36,585 nucleotides of DNA from a virus (Duplodnaviria > Caudoviricetes), in IMG/VR virus record IMGVR_UViG_3300032274_000025, positions 1-36,585 of that record; one strand, 5' to 3'. Under the pieces are notes generated by a model. That model was given only the letters and a program-made list of their open reading frames with translations. It was not told the origin of the DNA and searched no databases. The position numbers and the translations under genes were made by a program. Shown here in pieces: positions 8,322 to 17,059 of the stretch (positions are counted from its first letter, which is position 1; each line of letters opens with the position of its first letter).

Positions 8322-9660
8322 CGACCGCGACGAATATGACGCATCCATCGACCTGGCCCACCGCAATCGCGAGTTCACCCCGGGCATCGTGGCCCCCGGC
8401 ATGGTGCTGTACGACCGTCATGGAAACCCCGTCGGGTGCTCGAACAACCCGCTGCAGGTCGGACCCCGTGAGGCGTTCGGCGGTCTCGCTGTTGCCTCTC
8501 CCCGCTCGCTCTTCGACAGCAAGCTTGACGTTGAGGGCGAGGCCGGCGTCTCGTGGTTCGAGGACATCAGCGCCACGGGCGCCACATTCACCCACAACTC
8601 GAGCGCCAGTACCGCCACGCTGTCGATCGGCAACAGCGGCACGACCCCCGACGGGTCACGCAGCATCCGCCGATCAAGGGTTACGCCGTACATCCCGGGG
8701 CACGGGAAGCGCGTCTTCCTGACCTTCTGCTTTGAGGAGGCGACCGCCGCCGCGAACGTTCAGAAGAACGTCGGCATGTTCGACGACAGCGACGGCACCA
8801 TCCTCCGGCAGACGTCCGCGGGTGTCACCCTGCTCATCCGTGACAGCACGAGCGGCACGGTGGTCGAGACCAACGCCGTTGACCAAGCGGATTGGGACGA
8901 CCCCTTCGACGGGACGGGGCCGAGCGGCATTACGGCGGACTGGTCGAAGCGGCAGATCCTTGTCATCGATCTACAGTGGCTGGGCGTTGGTGCTGTTGCT
9001 GTGGCGCTCGATATTGACGGCGTCATCTACTCTGCGCACGTCTTCAAGCATGCGAACATGGGCAGCGGTCGCCCGTACATGGCGACGGCCGTGCTGCCGG
9101 TCAGCTACGAGATCATCGCCAGTGGTGCAGCCATCTCTTCAAAGCAGGACCTCACGCAGATCTGCTGCTCGGTACAGAGCTTTGGCACTGAGTCTGCGCT
9201 GGTTCAGGACGACATCGCAAGCAACCGCACCACATCCAGGCTTGCAGCCACCACCGGTACGCCAGTGGTCAGCATGCGCGCCAACAGCGCCCGTGTTCCG
9301 CTCGAGCCCGCAGAGGTCGACCTGCTCAACGGCGAGAGCTCCAAGTCGCTCTATTGGGAGCTCGTCTTCAACGGCGCGCTCACCGGCGCATCGTTCAGCG
9401 CGGCGAGCGGCGACACGCACCACGATATCGACGTGTCAGCCACAGCCATCACCGGCGGCAAGCCCATCGCGAGCGGCTACGTCGCGGCTGCTGGCGGAGG
9501 GCAGGCGGCTACCACGCTGTCCGCCGTGCTTGCGTCCCGCGTACGCCTGGGGATCGGCCTCGATTCGGTAGGGGATACGCTGTCCCTGGTCATCTACAAC
9601 CTCGGAACCGGCACAGCCGCATGCTATGGCACCATCCAGTGTGCGAGCTACCACGGGTAG
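8314..9660 (+). CDS. Putative virion-associated beta-rich protein
   Basis: Ser/Thr/Ala/Gly-rich, predicted beta strands; EAFGGLAVASPRSLFDS, YIPGHGK and DLQWLGVG resemble an uncharacterised phage structural family. Confidence 0.55.
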   Translation: MSNDRDEYDASIDLAHRNREFTPGIVAPGMVLYDRHGNPVGCSNNPLQVGPREAFGGLAVASPRSLFDSKLDVEGEAGVSWFEDISATGATFTHNSSASTATLSIGNSGTTPDGSRSIRRSRVTPYIPGHGKRVFLTFCFEEATAAANVQKNVGMFDDSDGTILRQTSAGVTLLIRDSTSGTVVETNAVDQADWDDPFDGTGPSGITADWSKRQILVIDLQWLGVGAVAVALDIDGVIYSAHVFKHANMGSGRPYMATAVLPVSYEIIASGAAISSKQDLTQICCSVQSFGTESALVQDDIASNRTTSRLAATTGTPVVSMRANSARVPLEPAEVDLLNGESSKSLYWELVFNGALTGASFSAASGDTHHDIDVSATAITGGKPIASGYVAAAGGGQAATTLSAVLASRVRLGIGLDSVGDTLSLVIYNLGTGTAACYGTIQCASYHG

Positions 9661-9694
9661 ACAACTCCGCCCGCATCCGCTAGGCTCATCTCAC

Positions 9695-9787
9695 GCCGAA
9701 CGTCTACCGGCTGTCACAAGATTGGCGACTCCATCGAGGGTTGCCCGCCCGCCCGGGAGTAGACGCTCGGGTCGGGCGCTTGGAGTT
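9695..9787 (+). ncRNA. Candidate structured cis-RNA element B (same architecture as A)
   Basis: GCCG/CGGC stem, GGCGACTC/GGGTTGCC stem, CGCCCG-CCCGGG/CTCGGG-T-CGGGCG stem; loop segments CGTCTAC and GTAGACG are complementary. Confidence 0.5.
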
Positions 9788-9792
9788 TCGAT

Positions 9793-10122
9793 ATGGGAGA
9801 AGAGACGAACCGCCCAATCAACAGCCTCGCGGACGTCGAGCGCTTTGGCGATGCCGACCTTGAGGTGGTGCGGGCCAAGCTGGACGTGGCGCTCTCGGAC
9901 ATGGCGGATGGTGCTGACTACAAGTGCAGCGTCAACGTCGGGGTCAAGAGCCGCAAGAAGGACGCCCGCCTTCCCCGTCACGTGGGCTGGTTCCACGTTG
10001 AAGGCTTCTCGCTTGTGGCCCGGTACGCGGCGACGGTGCGGGACCTGAAGGCCGAGAACGAGAAGCTGAAAGCCATGCTTCACCTGATTCGCAAGGGGGT
10101 AACATGGACGCACATCCAGTAG
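9793..10122 (+). CDS. Hypothetical protein with C-terminal coiled coil
   Basis: TGGAG RBS; DLKAENEKLKAML. Confidence 0.7.
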   Translation: MGEETNRPINSLADVERFGDADLEVVRAKLDVALSDMADGADYKCSVNVGVKSRKKDARLPRHVGWFHVEGFSLVARYAATVRDLKAENEKLKAMLHLIRKGVTWTHIQ

Positions 10123-10490
10123 ATACGATTTTACTCATCCCCGCCCCGGGCTCGACGCTGCTGGATGATGCGTGTGCGCCTGTGGCGTACCGCCTGAAGG
10201 AGTCGAACGACCCGGAGTCTTGGACGTTGTGGCGCTTTCCGTCAAGGGTCAAACACCGTACAAATCTGGTCCGTGAGCGCGCCATCGTCCTCGCCCGTGA
10301 CGGCAAGGTGCAGGAACACGGGTGTCTGACGTTGGCGGACAGCACCCAAAGCGATTTTGAGACACTGCGCGGCCTTACGGTCCATGCCGCACTCATTGGC
10401 AAGTCCGCTCGACTCCTTGCCTTAGTCGAGGCGCACTACCCCGACGCCCGCCTCGTCTTCATCGCTGGCGGTGTGGAGGTGGCGCTGTGA
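10104..10490 (+). CDS. Hypothetical protein
   Basis: Tiles between its neighbours; locally more AT-rich codons. Confidence 0.6.
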   Translation: MDAHPVDTILLIPAPGSTLLDDACAPVAYRLKESNDPESWTLWRFPSRVKHRTNLVRERAIVLARDGKVQEHGCLTLADSTQSDFETLRGLTVHAALIGKSARLLALVEAHYPDARLVFIAGGVEVAL

Positions 10491-10774
10491 AGCGTTGGTG
10501 GTTCAGCTGGCACGGACCGGAAGACGACTGGCGCGCGGTGCGATGGCCCCCGCCTGATGGGTGGTTGGGCTACTGGTGCAGCGGCTACGACGACGAAGGC
10601 GCTACCGTGGTCGGGTGGGCTGAGGCCGAGTCAGAGGCCGGTTGCGTGGCTCTCGTGAAGGCCAGTTGGCCGGAGTGGGATGGCGTGTGGCGCATCGAGC
10701 CGTCCGAAAAGCCCGACCCGCCGGGGAGTAGGTTCCCGCGCGCCGATGGCTTTCCAGAGTGGGAGAACCGATGA
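10487..10774 (+). CDS. Trp-rich hypothetical protein
   Basis: GTGA overlap; GGAGG RBS. Confidence 0.7.
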   Translation: MKRWWFSWHGPEDDWRAVRWPPPDGWLGYWCSGYDDEGATVVGWAEAESEAGCVALVKASWPEWDGVWRIEPSEKPDPPGSRFPRADGFPEWENR

Positions 10775-11484
10775 TCATCACCGCCACGACCATCGACATC
10801 AGCCAGCCGAAGACCGGGAGCACGTGGCGCCGTCGCTGCTTGGCGCCCATCATCGGGGCGGAGACGAACTTCCTCGATGGGAAGGAGTACCGCAACGGGC
10901 ATGTGCCTCTCCATCGGTTCTCCTCGGCAGCACTCGAGGGCCGCACGGTGCGCGCTGTCGTCCGCAACCCGTGGGACTGGTACGTGTCGACGTGGTGCCA
11001 CATGCGCGGCAGCGTGGCGAAGAGTTCGCAGATACGGCGCCAGTTCACGCTGTGGGCCGGCGGTCGGGAGCCGACGTGGGAAAGCGTGCTGTATGGCTGG
11101 ACGCACCCGTGGGAGTTGGAGGCGCTGCCAGATCGTGAAGACGCGGTTTACAATCCGGGCACCGCCGCTTCTCGCTTTCGACGTACTTGCAACGGGCTCT
11201 GGACGTGGCATACGTCCTGGTTTCACGGCATCGCCATGTGCTCGGTGTGGCCGCCTGTGCGCATCGACTCCGCGCAGCAGGTCGAAGCCTATGCCGCGCT
11301 GTACCCGGAACACGCGGACGCCATCAGAGCGCAGGCGCCCATCAACGTCGGGACGACTGACGGGGAGTGGTGGACACCGGAGCGGGTGCGCTGGGTCGAA
11401 GAGGCGGACGACTTCCTCTCTCGGCGTTTCGGTTACGATGGTCCGGGGGCCGTGTCGTCACGCGGTCCGATGTGGAGGCTGTGA
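10771..11484 (+). CDS. Sulfotransferase-family protein (Sulfotransfer_2-like)
   Basis: 5'-PSB-like QPKTGST, 3'-PB-like VVRNPWDWYVS, C-terminal INV...WWTPE..V...D...RFGY. Confidence 0.75.
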   Translation: MIITATTIDISQPKTGSTWRRRCLAPIIGAETNFLDGKEYRNGHVPLHRFSSAALEGRTVRAVVRNPWDWYVSTWCHMRGSVAKSSQIRRQFTLWAGGREPTWESVLYGWTHPWELEALPDREDAVYNPGTAASRFRRTCNGLWTWHTSWFHGIAMCSVWPPVRIDSAQQVEAYAALYPEHADAIRAQAPINVGTTDGEWWTPERVRWVEEADDFLSRRFGYDGPGAVSSRGPMWRL

Positions 11485-11732
11485 TGATTCCTGATTCTAT
11501 TTTGAGGGCTGCTGAGGGGGCATTGTACGGCGAGGGTGACTACACCCCATCGTCCGCCCTTGTTGCCGCTGGCTGCGAGTCATCTTTCGCCATGCACGAT
11601 CGGGATGAGTGGGAGACGGAGATGACAGCGCGGTACCTTGGCGTGTTCTACCGCCTCAAATACACCGTCAACGGCTACGATGTTGTCGGCACCGTTGAAC
11701 CGGGACCGAATAGCGGAGGAATGGCAGCATGA
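11484..11732 (+). CDS. Hypothetical protein
   Basis: TGATG overlap; GGAGG RBS. Confidence 0.6.
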   Translation: MIPDSILRAAEGALYGEGDYTPSSALVAAGCESSFAMHDRDEWETEMTARYLGVFYRLKYTVNGYDVVGTVEPGPNSGGMAA

Positions 11733-11845
11733 GTGCGAAGAAGCAGAAGCCAAAGCGGGTGATCTCTCGCAACAACCGCGGCACGGGCGTGCTATTGCCC
11801 GCCTCGCCGTTGTTGAATGCAGCACTCGAAGCGAAGAAGCCATGA
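11729..11845 (+). CDS. 38-aa basic peptide
   Basis: MSAKKQKPKRVISRNN...; ATGA overlaps at both ends; GGAGGA RBS. Confidence 0.5.
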   Translation: MSAKKQKPKRVISRNNRGTGVLLPASPLLNAALEAKKP

Positions 11846-12033
11846 GCAAGCCAAGCCGAAAGAAGACGCCCGCGGGCATTGTGGTCCTCGGGCCGGATGA
11901 CAAGGCCCCGGCCGAGCTCGCGCGCTGGTCTGCGCCTGGTCCTGGGTACCATCCCGGGGCTGCGGTCAAGCACAAGGGCAAGGTCTACGTGACGCCGGAC
12001 TTCCCGCTGGCGGTCGCTGTGGCGATGCTGTGA
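11842..12033 (+). CDS. Hypothetical protein
   Basis: ATGA overlap. Confidence 0.55.
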   Translation: MSKPSRKKTPAGIVVLGPDDKAPAELARWSAPGPGYHPGAAVKHKGKVYVTPDFPLAVAVAML

Positions 12034-12110
12034 ATGCACAGCAGGCGCGGCGCGTCGTACCCGCGTGAGGTTCCGATGTTGTTGCTCGCATCCATCTAGG
12101 AGGTTGTGTC

Positions 12111-12533
12111 ATGCCCGCATACCACGGATACCCCCAGCACATCGACGCGCACCCAGAGCGGCCTTGGTGGCGGCCCTACACAACCCCGCTCGACGGCCGC
12201 GACGGATGGACTCGGCACGCACACGACGGCACCACGCCCATCGTGTACGACCCCGACCCGATGCCGGAGACCCTGGACGAGTACACCGCGTGGCTCGACG
12301 ATGCGCTGGCCGATGCTGATCGCCGGATGCCTGTGCCCCCGCCGCCTCCACTGTGCGGGCAGGTGTGGGTCGAAGGCAGCATCGCCGAGACCGTGCAGGC
12401 TGTCCGTCATGGGCGGGTGTACTTCTCGGCGAGTTCGCTTGATGCTCGGGGTTCTCGCGAGTGGCCCCCACCAAACGCCGTCCTTGTAGCCGAGCCGCTG
12501 AGTCCTTGGGCGCCGATGGTGGGCGCGGAGTGA
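12111..12533 (+). CDS. Pro/Trp-rich hypothetical protein
   Basis: Strong AGGAGG RBS. Confidence 0.7.
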   Translation: MPAYHGYPQHIDAHPERPWWRPYTTPLDGRDGWTRHAHDGTTPIVYDPDPMPETLDEYTAWLDDALADADRRMPVPPPPPLCGQVWVEGSIAETVQAVRHGRVYFSASSLDARGSREWPPPNAVLVAEPLSPWAPMVGAE

Positions 12534-12766
12534 TGCTGTTGCTCCTGCTGATTGCCTGCGTCTCCGAATACGACCGAGGCTGCGAGTACGCGCGGACGTC
12601 GACGGCCTATGAGATGGGTGTGGCTGATGCCGAGGCCGGCCTGTCCGTCTGGGATGGCTCATGGCGTGGCATTGAGTGCAGCCCCCCGGAAGAGTTCGCG
12701 GAGGGCTGCTACACGTGTGCGTTCGAGATGTACGGCGAGGGCTACGCCTCGGTGCCTGCGAGGTAG
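12533..12766 (+). CDS. Putative small lipoprotein
   Basis: MLLLLLIA-C lipobox-like start; acidic, Cys-containing mature part. Confidence 0.6.
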   Translation: MLLLLLIACVSEYDRGCEYARTSTAYEMGVADAEAGLSVWDGSWRGIECSPPEEFAEGCYTCAFEMYGEGYASVPAR

Positions 12767-13461
12767 TCAGCGACTGACAGCACCTTGGTCGGCTCGAGCC
12801 CACGAAGGTACTCCTCGACCGATGGTCCTTCGACCTCTTGCGCCATGATGTGGCCGACGATGGCCGCGCGGATCTCCGGATCGTTGCGCACCGCCTCGAG
12901 CACGAGTTCTGGCACGTTGGCCAGGGCCTCCTTCACCGCGTCGGCGATGGCGTCGGGCTCTTCGATGGAGCGGATGGCCAGGGCCTCGGCGTTCGCCGGG
13001 ATGGTCACGGCGCTGATCTCCAGAAGCTCGTTCTGTGCCAGCACCATGCCGGTGGCTGCATGCTTCGGGTGGTTCTCGCCGAGTGCCGAGCGGGGGGTGA
13101 CGCTGCCCGGCCGGAAGCCGACAGACACAGTGTTCAGCGTGCCGTTGCGGAACTGCTCCGCGACGGTGTTGGCGAGGGGGTTGTGGTCGCCCTCGTCGAA
13201 CTTCGGACGGAATGTCAGCGCCTGCCCGATGCCTTCGATCTCCTCGACTCGGACGTCAAGCGCGCGTCCAACGGGTGGAGTGCTCGGGTCGTGCGCCCAC
13301 AGCATCACCGGGTTTGCGTTGAAGTTGTCGAGAAGCCACGACTGGTCAACGATGTCGCCCATACGATCGCTCGTAGAGGTGCTGGCAATGATGCGCATCT
13401 CGCCATCGTCGCCATCTTGGCGGGTGAAGATGACATCAATTTCGCGCTTGAGGTGTCTCAT
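12742..13461 (-). CDS. HK97-family prohead protease
   Basis: ASTSTSDRMGD, NPVMLWAHD, VSVGF, ELLEISAVTIPAN. Confidence 0.93.
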   Translation of the reverse strand: MRHLKREIDVIFTRQDGDDGEMRIIASTSTSDRMGDIVDQSWLLDNFNANPVMLWAHDPSTPPVGRALDVRVEEIEGIGQALTFRPKFDEGDHNPLANTVAEQFRNGTLNTVSVGFRPGSVTPRSALGENHPKHAATGMVLAQNELLEISAVTIPANAEALAIRSIEEPDAIADAVKEALANVPELVLEAVRNDPEIRAAIVGHIMAQEVEGPSVEEYLRGLEPTKVLSVADYLAGTEA

Positions 13462-13465
13462 GGGT

Positions 13466-15478
13466 CTACTCCAGCACCGGAATCAAGGTGCATCTGCAGT
13501 TTGCGTCTAGCGCAGCCGAACCGAACCCGCCCGGATAGCGTGCCCCCTCGCCTGTCGCCGTGTGGAACTCTTCGCCGACCTCGACCGTCTGCCCGTCGAG
13601 TGTACGGTGCGCGGCTCTGACTTCGCCATCGCGAGCGGTCAACCACTGCTTCTTGACCGGGAGGCCATCGGCAGCGGCTTGCCCGTATGCCTGCTCCGCG
13701 CCAGCGTTGACGAACCGGGTGGCCTCGGTCCGGGCAATCTGGAGCGACCGGCGGGCGCTGAACCCATACGAGCGCAGCAGGGTGTTCTGAACGTCGTTGA
13801 CGCTCTGCCCTTCGGACAAGCCGGCGAGGATGGAGCGGATGACGTTGCCCTGCGTACTGGCCATGAAGATCGCAGTACTGCGCGTCTTCTCTTCGAGGTT
13901 GGCGAGCGTGGGGTCGAAGACGAGACGAGCGCCCATGCGGAGGGCTGCGGCACGGAAGGCCCGAACCAGCGCCGACCTCATAGGCAGGCGCAGCGCCTTG
14001 ACGATGGCCGCCTCTTCTTCTGCGACGGCGAGGATGGCCAGGATTTGCTCATTGCTGAGCGCCTTCGTGGTGATGCCTCGCTGCTCGTCGGTTCGCCCTG
14101 CCACCTCTTCGATGCGCTTGGCGTAGCGGCGCACGGCGTCCCGAAGGTATCGCATCGTCGCAAGGTGCAGGTCCCGCTCTGACGGGGCGTGTACGGAGTC
14201 GATGAAGTTGCGCCACGTGTCGGCGCGCTCATTCTCGGTGCGGGGAAGGGCCTTGGTCTCTTCCTCGTTCTGTTCTTCGGGCTCCTCCTCCACAGCGGGC
14301 TCGGGAGCGAAGACCACGAACGCGTCCTCTGGTACCTCGATGCCCTCCATTTCGTAGGCTGCAACCGCGTCGATGCCGTTCATGATGTGCATCTGCACCC
14401 GTGACAGCCGTTCGGTGCGCGACTCTTGCAGCGCCTCTACCTCTGAGAAGTCGAAGACCACGACGTCGTTCGCCTCGCCGACTCGACGGGCAAGCCAAGT
14501 CAACGCGTCAGCGAGAGCCGCAGCGGGGCCACCACGCAACGACTCCCAATAGGTCTTCATCTGCTGCTGCTGCGTGGCGAAGTTCGCAGTGGGCAGCGAC
14601 AGCCGGGCAGGCGGCACACTGAACGTGGCAAGGGTCGCGTCTCGTGTGTCGCTGCGCTGCTCGGAGAACTCGAGGTCTCGCGGGGTCGCGCTCACTGAAT
14701 CGAACTTGACGCCGCTTCCAAGGATGAGGTACCCGCTGCCCTCGCTTGACCAGCGGCTGACTGCCTCCTTGACGCGCTTTACGATGGCATCGCCCCAGTT
14801 CGACAGGTCGCCATCTTGCGGACTGAACACGCCCTCGAGCCGCCCGCGCTTGGCGGCGTCCGCGGTCATCTTCTTGGCGGCGAGGTCTGCGGTCAGGTCT
14901 GCGTGCAAGGCGCGGATGGACCCCTCACCTACGATGGCCTCGATGCTGTCGGACCACGATGCGTTGCGCACGTGCAACACGTCTTCCCACTCGTAGTTGA
15001 CGCTCCCCTGGTACTGGTAGCCCTGAATCTGACCGTCGCTCTGCGGCACTGGTTCGGTGCGGTTCGGGTGCATCCGAAGCAGGGACTGACCGCCTTGGAT
15101 GAGGCTGTAGTGGTTGCCCGCGAGTTCATAGTCTACGACCGCCTGACGAATCCACTCGCGCCACGTTGTTCGCGTTGCGGGCCTGCTGATGATGGCGGTG
15201 ACCGGGTGGTTCTCGACCTCTGCCCCGTTGCGCATGACCTTGATGGAGAGGCCGGACAGGTCGTCAGCTTTCGCGAGCACGCATGCTCGCACCCATGGGA
15301 AGGCGGACATTGCCGCCATGCTGTTCATGGTCGGGTACGACTGCACCGCGGGGCTGTCGGTGGCGAAGTCTGCGCCCGCCTGGAAGGTGTCGGGCTCGGT
15401 GAAGCGCAAGGCGCGGAGCATGCCTACGACGATCCTCGTCATGATGCCGGGTCGCTGTCGTACTGGAAGACTGCTCAT
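13466..15478 (-). CDS. Portal protein (HK97-like) fused to a C-terminal MuF-like minor head domain
   Basis: WVRACV, LAGNHY, VLHVR, RDLEF, FSVPP (portal); IARTE, KKQWLTARDGEVRAAH..LDGQ, NCRC (MuF). Confidence 0.9.
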   Translation of the reverse strand: MSSLPVRQRPGIMTRIVVGMLRALRFTEPDTFQAGADFATDSPAVQSYPTMNSMAAMSAFPWVRACVLAKADDLSGLSIKVMRNGAEVENHPVTAIISRPATRTTWREWIRQAVVDYELAGNHYSLIQGGQSLLRMHPNRTEPVPQSDGQIQGYQYQGSVNYEWEDVLHVRNASWSDSIEAIVGEGSIRALHADLTADLAAKKMTADAAKRGRLEGVFSPQDGDLSNWGDAIVKRVKEAVSRWSSEGSGYLILGSGVKFDSVSATPRDLEFSEQRSDTRDATLATFSVPPARLSLPTANFATQQQQMKTYWESLRGGPAAALADALTWLARRVGEANDVVVFDFSEVEALQESRTERLSRVQMHIMNGIDAVAAYEMEGIEVPEDAFVVFAPEPAVEEEPEEQNEEETKALPRTENERADTWRNFIDSVHAPSERDLHLATMRYLRDAVRRYAKRIEEVAGRTDEQRGITTKALSNEQILAILAVAEEEAAIVKALRLPMRSALVRAFRAAALRMGARLVFDPTLANLEEKTRSTAIFMASTQGNVIRSILAGLSEGQSVNDVQNTLLRSYGFSARRSLQIARTEATRFVNAGAEQAYGQAAADGLPVKKQWLTARDGEVRAAHRTLDGQTVEVGEEFHTATGEGARYPGGFGSAALDANCRCTLIPVLE

Positions 15479-15571
15479 GTATGCCTCGGTCGTTGTATGA
15501 TACCTTGCGCATTGTAAGCGCCCGCTTTACAGTTTGCACGACTCACATACTCCCAGCGAAGGGGCTCCAGC
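15479..15571. promoter_or_regulatory. Divergent intergenic region between portal and capsid genes
   Basis: Relatively AT-rich; minus-strand TACAAT and TATCAT -10-like hexamers; imperfect palindrome TGTAAGCG-CC-CGCTTTACA at 15513-15531. Confidence 0.5.
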
Positions 15572-17050
15572 ATGGAAGCGAAAGAACTCGTCGATACCGT
15601 CGGCGCAATCAAGGCCAAGATCGACAGCGGCGAGATCGTCGGAAAGGCGGCGCTTGACACCGCCGTGACCGAGTTGAAGACCGCTCTGCGCGCCGACCAA
15701 GAGAAGCGCGCCAACCTCGCGCAGACTCGCCCGCTCGGCGACGATGAGCGCAAGCTGTCGAAGTACCTGCCCGTCGATGAGGCAGACATCAAGGAGCAGC
15801 CCCGTTCGTTCCACGTGAACAAGGACGTCGGCGGCTTCCAGGTCAAGCACGCCGAGTTCACAGAGGGCAAGGGTGACAGCTTCGGCCTGCTCGATGACCC
15901 GAACCCCGTCTGCGATTGGCAGAAGGAACTCCAGGGCCTCGTGACCGCTCGGAACATCGTGCGCGCTGCTCGCGGCAATCGCCGCGGTGCGGGTGACTCG
16001 CCCATCTCCGACCGTCGGATTGCCCGCCACATGCGGAGCGCACCCGACATGGTGAAGCGCATCTTCAACGATTCCTCAGGCGTCGGCGCCGAGTGGATTG
16101 ACGATGTGATGTTGCCCGACCTTCAGCGCACGCTGGAGCTCGACCGCCGCCTCGAGGCCAACTTCGGTGTTGTCAACGTGCCCGCCTCCGGAAATCTGCT
16201 GATTCCCTTCCAGACCACCGGCTTCCGCCCGTACCTGTCGGGAACGAACACCACCGACGACCCGGCGCAGTACACCGCGTCCAGCGTCGTCACCGCGCAG
16301 CGCACCTACGCTCCGGTGAAGATTGCGGTTCGCGCCGTCATCGACGAAGACGCCAGCGAAGACAGCCTTCTGGCAGCCATGCCGCTGCTCCAGGCGGAGA
16401 TTTCCAAGGCCATCACCGACGGCAAGGAAGACTGCATCATCAACGGCGACACCGCCGCCACTCACCAGGACGCCATCGCATCGTGGAATGCTCGCAGCCG
16501 ATGGGGCGCCACTGGCCTCGGCGGAAGCGGCGACCACCGCAAGAGTTGGATTGGCCTTCGTGCCCGCGCGTACGACGTCGGCGCCACGATCGACCAGTCC
16601 GCGGCGAAGACCGCCGCCGGCTTCCGCGCCGCCCTCGTGGCGATGGACTCCCCGCACTTCCGCGACGACGTGATGTGCGTGGTGTCCCCCGAGTACCTGA
16701 TCGAGACCATGTTCGGGTTCACGCAGACCGAGACCCTGGACACCTTCGGCCCGGGTGCCACCATCCTCTCGGGGCAGCTCGCCAGCCTGTACGGGTACCC
16801 GATCGTCGTGTCCGAGTTCATGACGAACGACCTGCACACGACCGGTCTCTACACCGGTTCCAGCGCGACGACCGGGTTCGCCCTGGTCAACCGCAGCCGC
16901 TTCCGCATGTTCCGCAAGCGGGGCAACCGCGTACGCATGGCGACCGACATCACGCGCGGTGTCGTCAATCTCGTCGGCGACGAGCGCACCCTGTTCGACA
17001 CGTTCGACGCGGCTGCCACCAAGAACGTTCACTTCAGCTTCAACCTGTAG
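15572..17050 (+). CDS. Major capsid protein (HK97 fold) with N-terminal delta/scaffold region
   Basis: GAEWIDDVM, SEDSLL, CIINGD, LYGYPIVVSEFM; size and position. Confidence 0.9.
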   Translation: MEAKELVDTVGAIKAKIDSGEIVGKAALDTAVTELKTALRADQEKRANLAQTRPLGDDERKLSKYLPVDEADIKEQPRSFHVNKDVGGFQVKHAEFTEGKGDSFGLLDDPNPVCDWQKELQGLVTARNIVRAARGNRRGAGDSPISDRRIARHMRSAPDMVKRIFNDSSGVGAEWIDDVMLPDLQRTLELDRRLEANFGVVNVPASGNLLIPFQTTGFRPYLSGTNTTDDPAQYTASSVVTAQRTYAPVKIAVRAVIDEDASEDSLLAAMPLLQAEISKAITDGKEDCIINGDTAATHQDAIASWNARSRWGATGLGGSGDHRKSWIGLRARAYDVGATIDQSAAKTAAGFRAALVAMDSPHFRDDVMCVVSPEYLIETMFGFTQTETLDTFGPGATILSGQLASLYGYPIVVSEFMTNDLHTTGLYTGSSATTGFALVNRSRFRMFRKRGNRVRMATDITRGVVNLVGDERTLFDTFDAAATKNVHFSFNL

Positions 17051-17059
17051 GGGTTCACG

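Noticed and set aside
12034-12110. A third copy of the kissing-loop element
   Set aside because: Only short GC stems; no complementary loops and no GCTCGGGT
12743-15490. TA(C/T)GCCTCGGT at both ends of the inverted head cassette as recombination sites
   Set aside because: The copies are in direct, not inverted, orientation, only 11 bp with a mismatch, and partly explained by GAGG SD-like sequence on the minus strand
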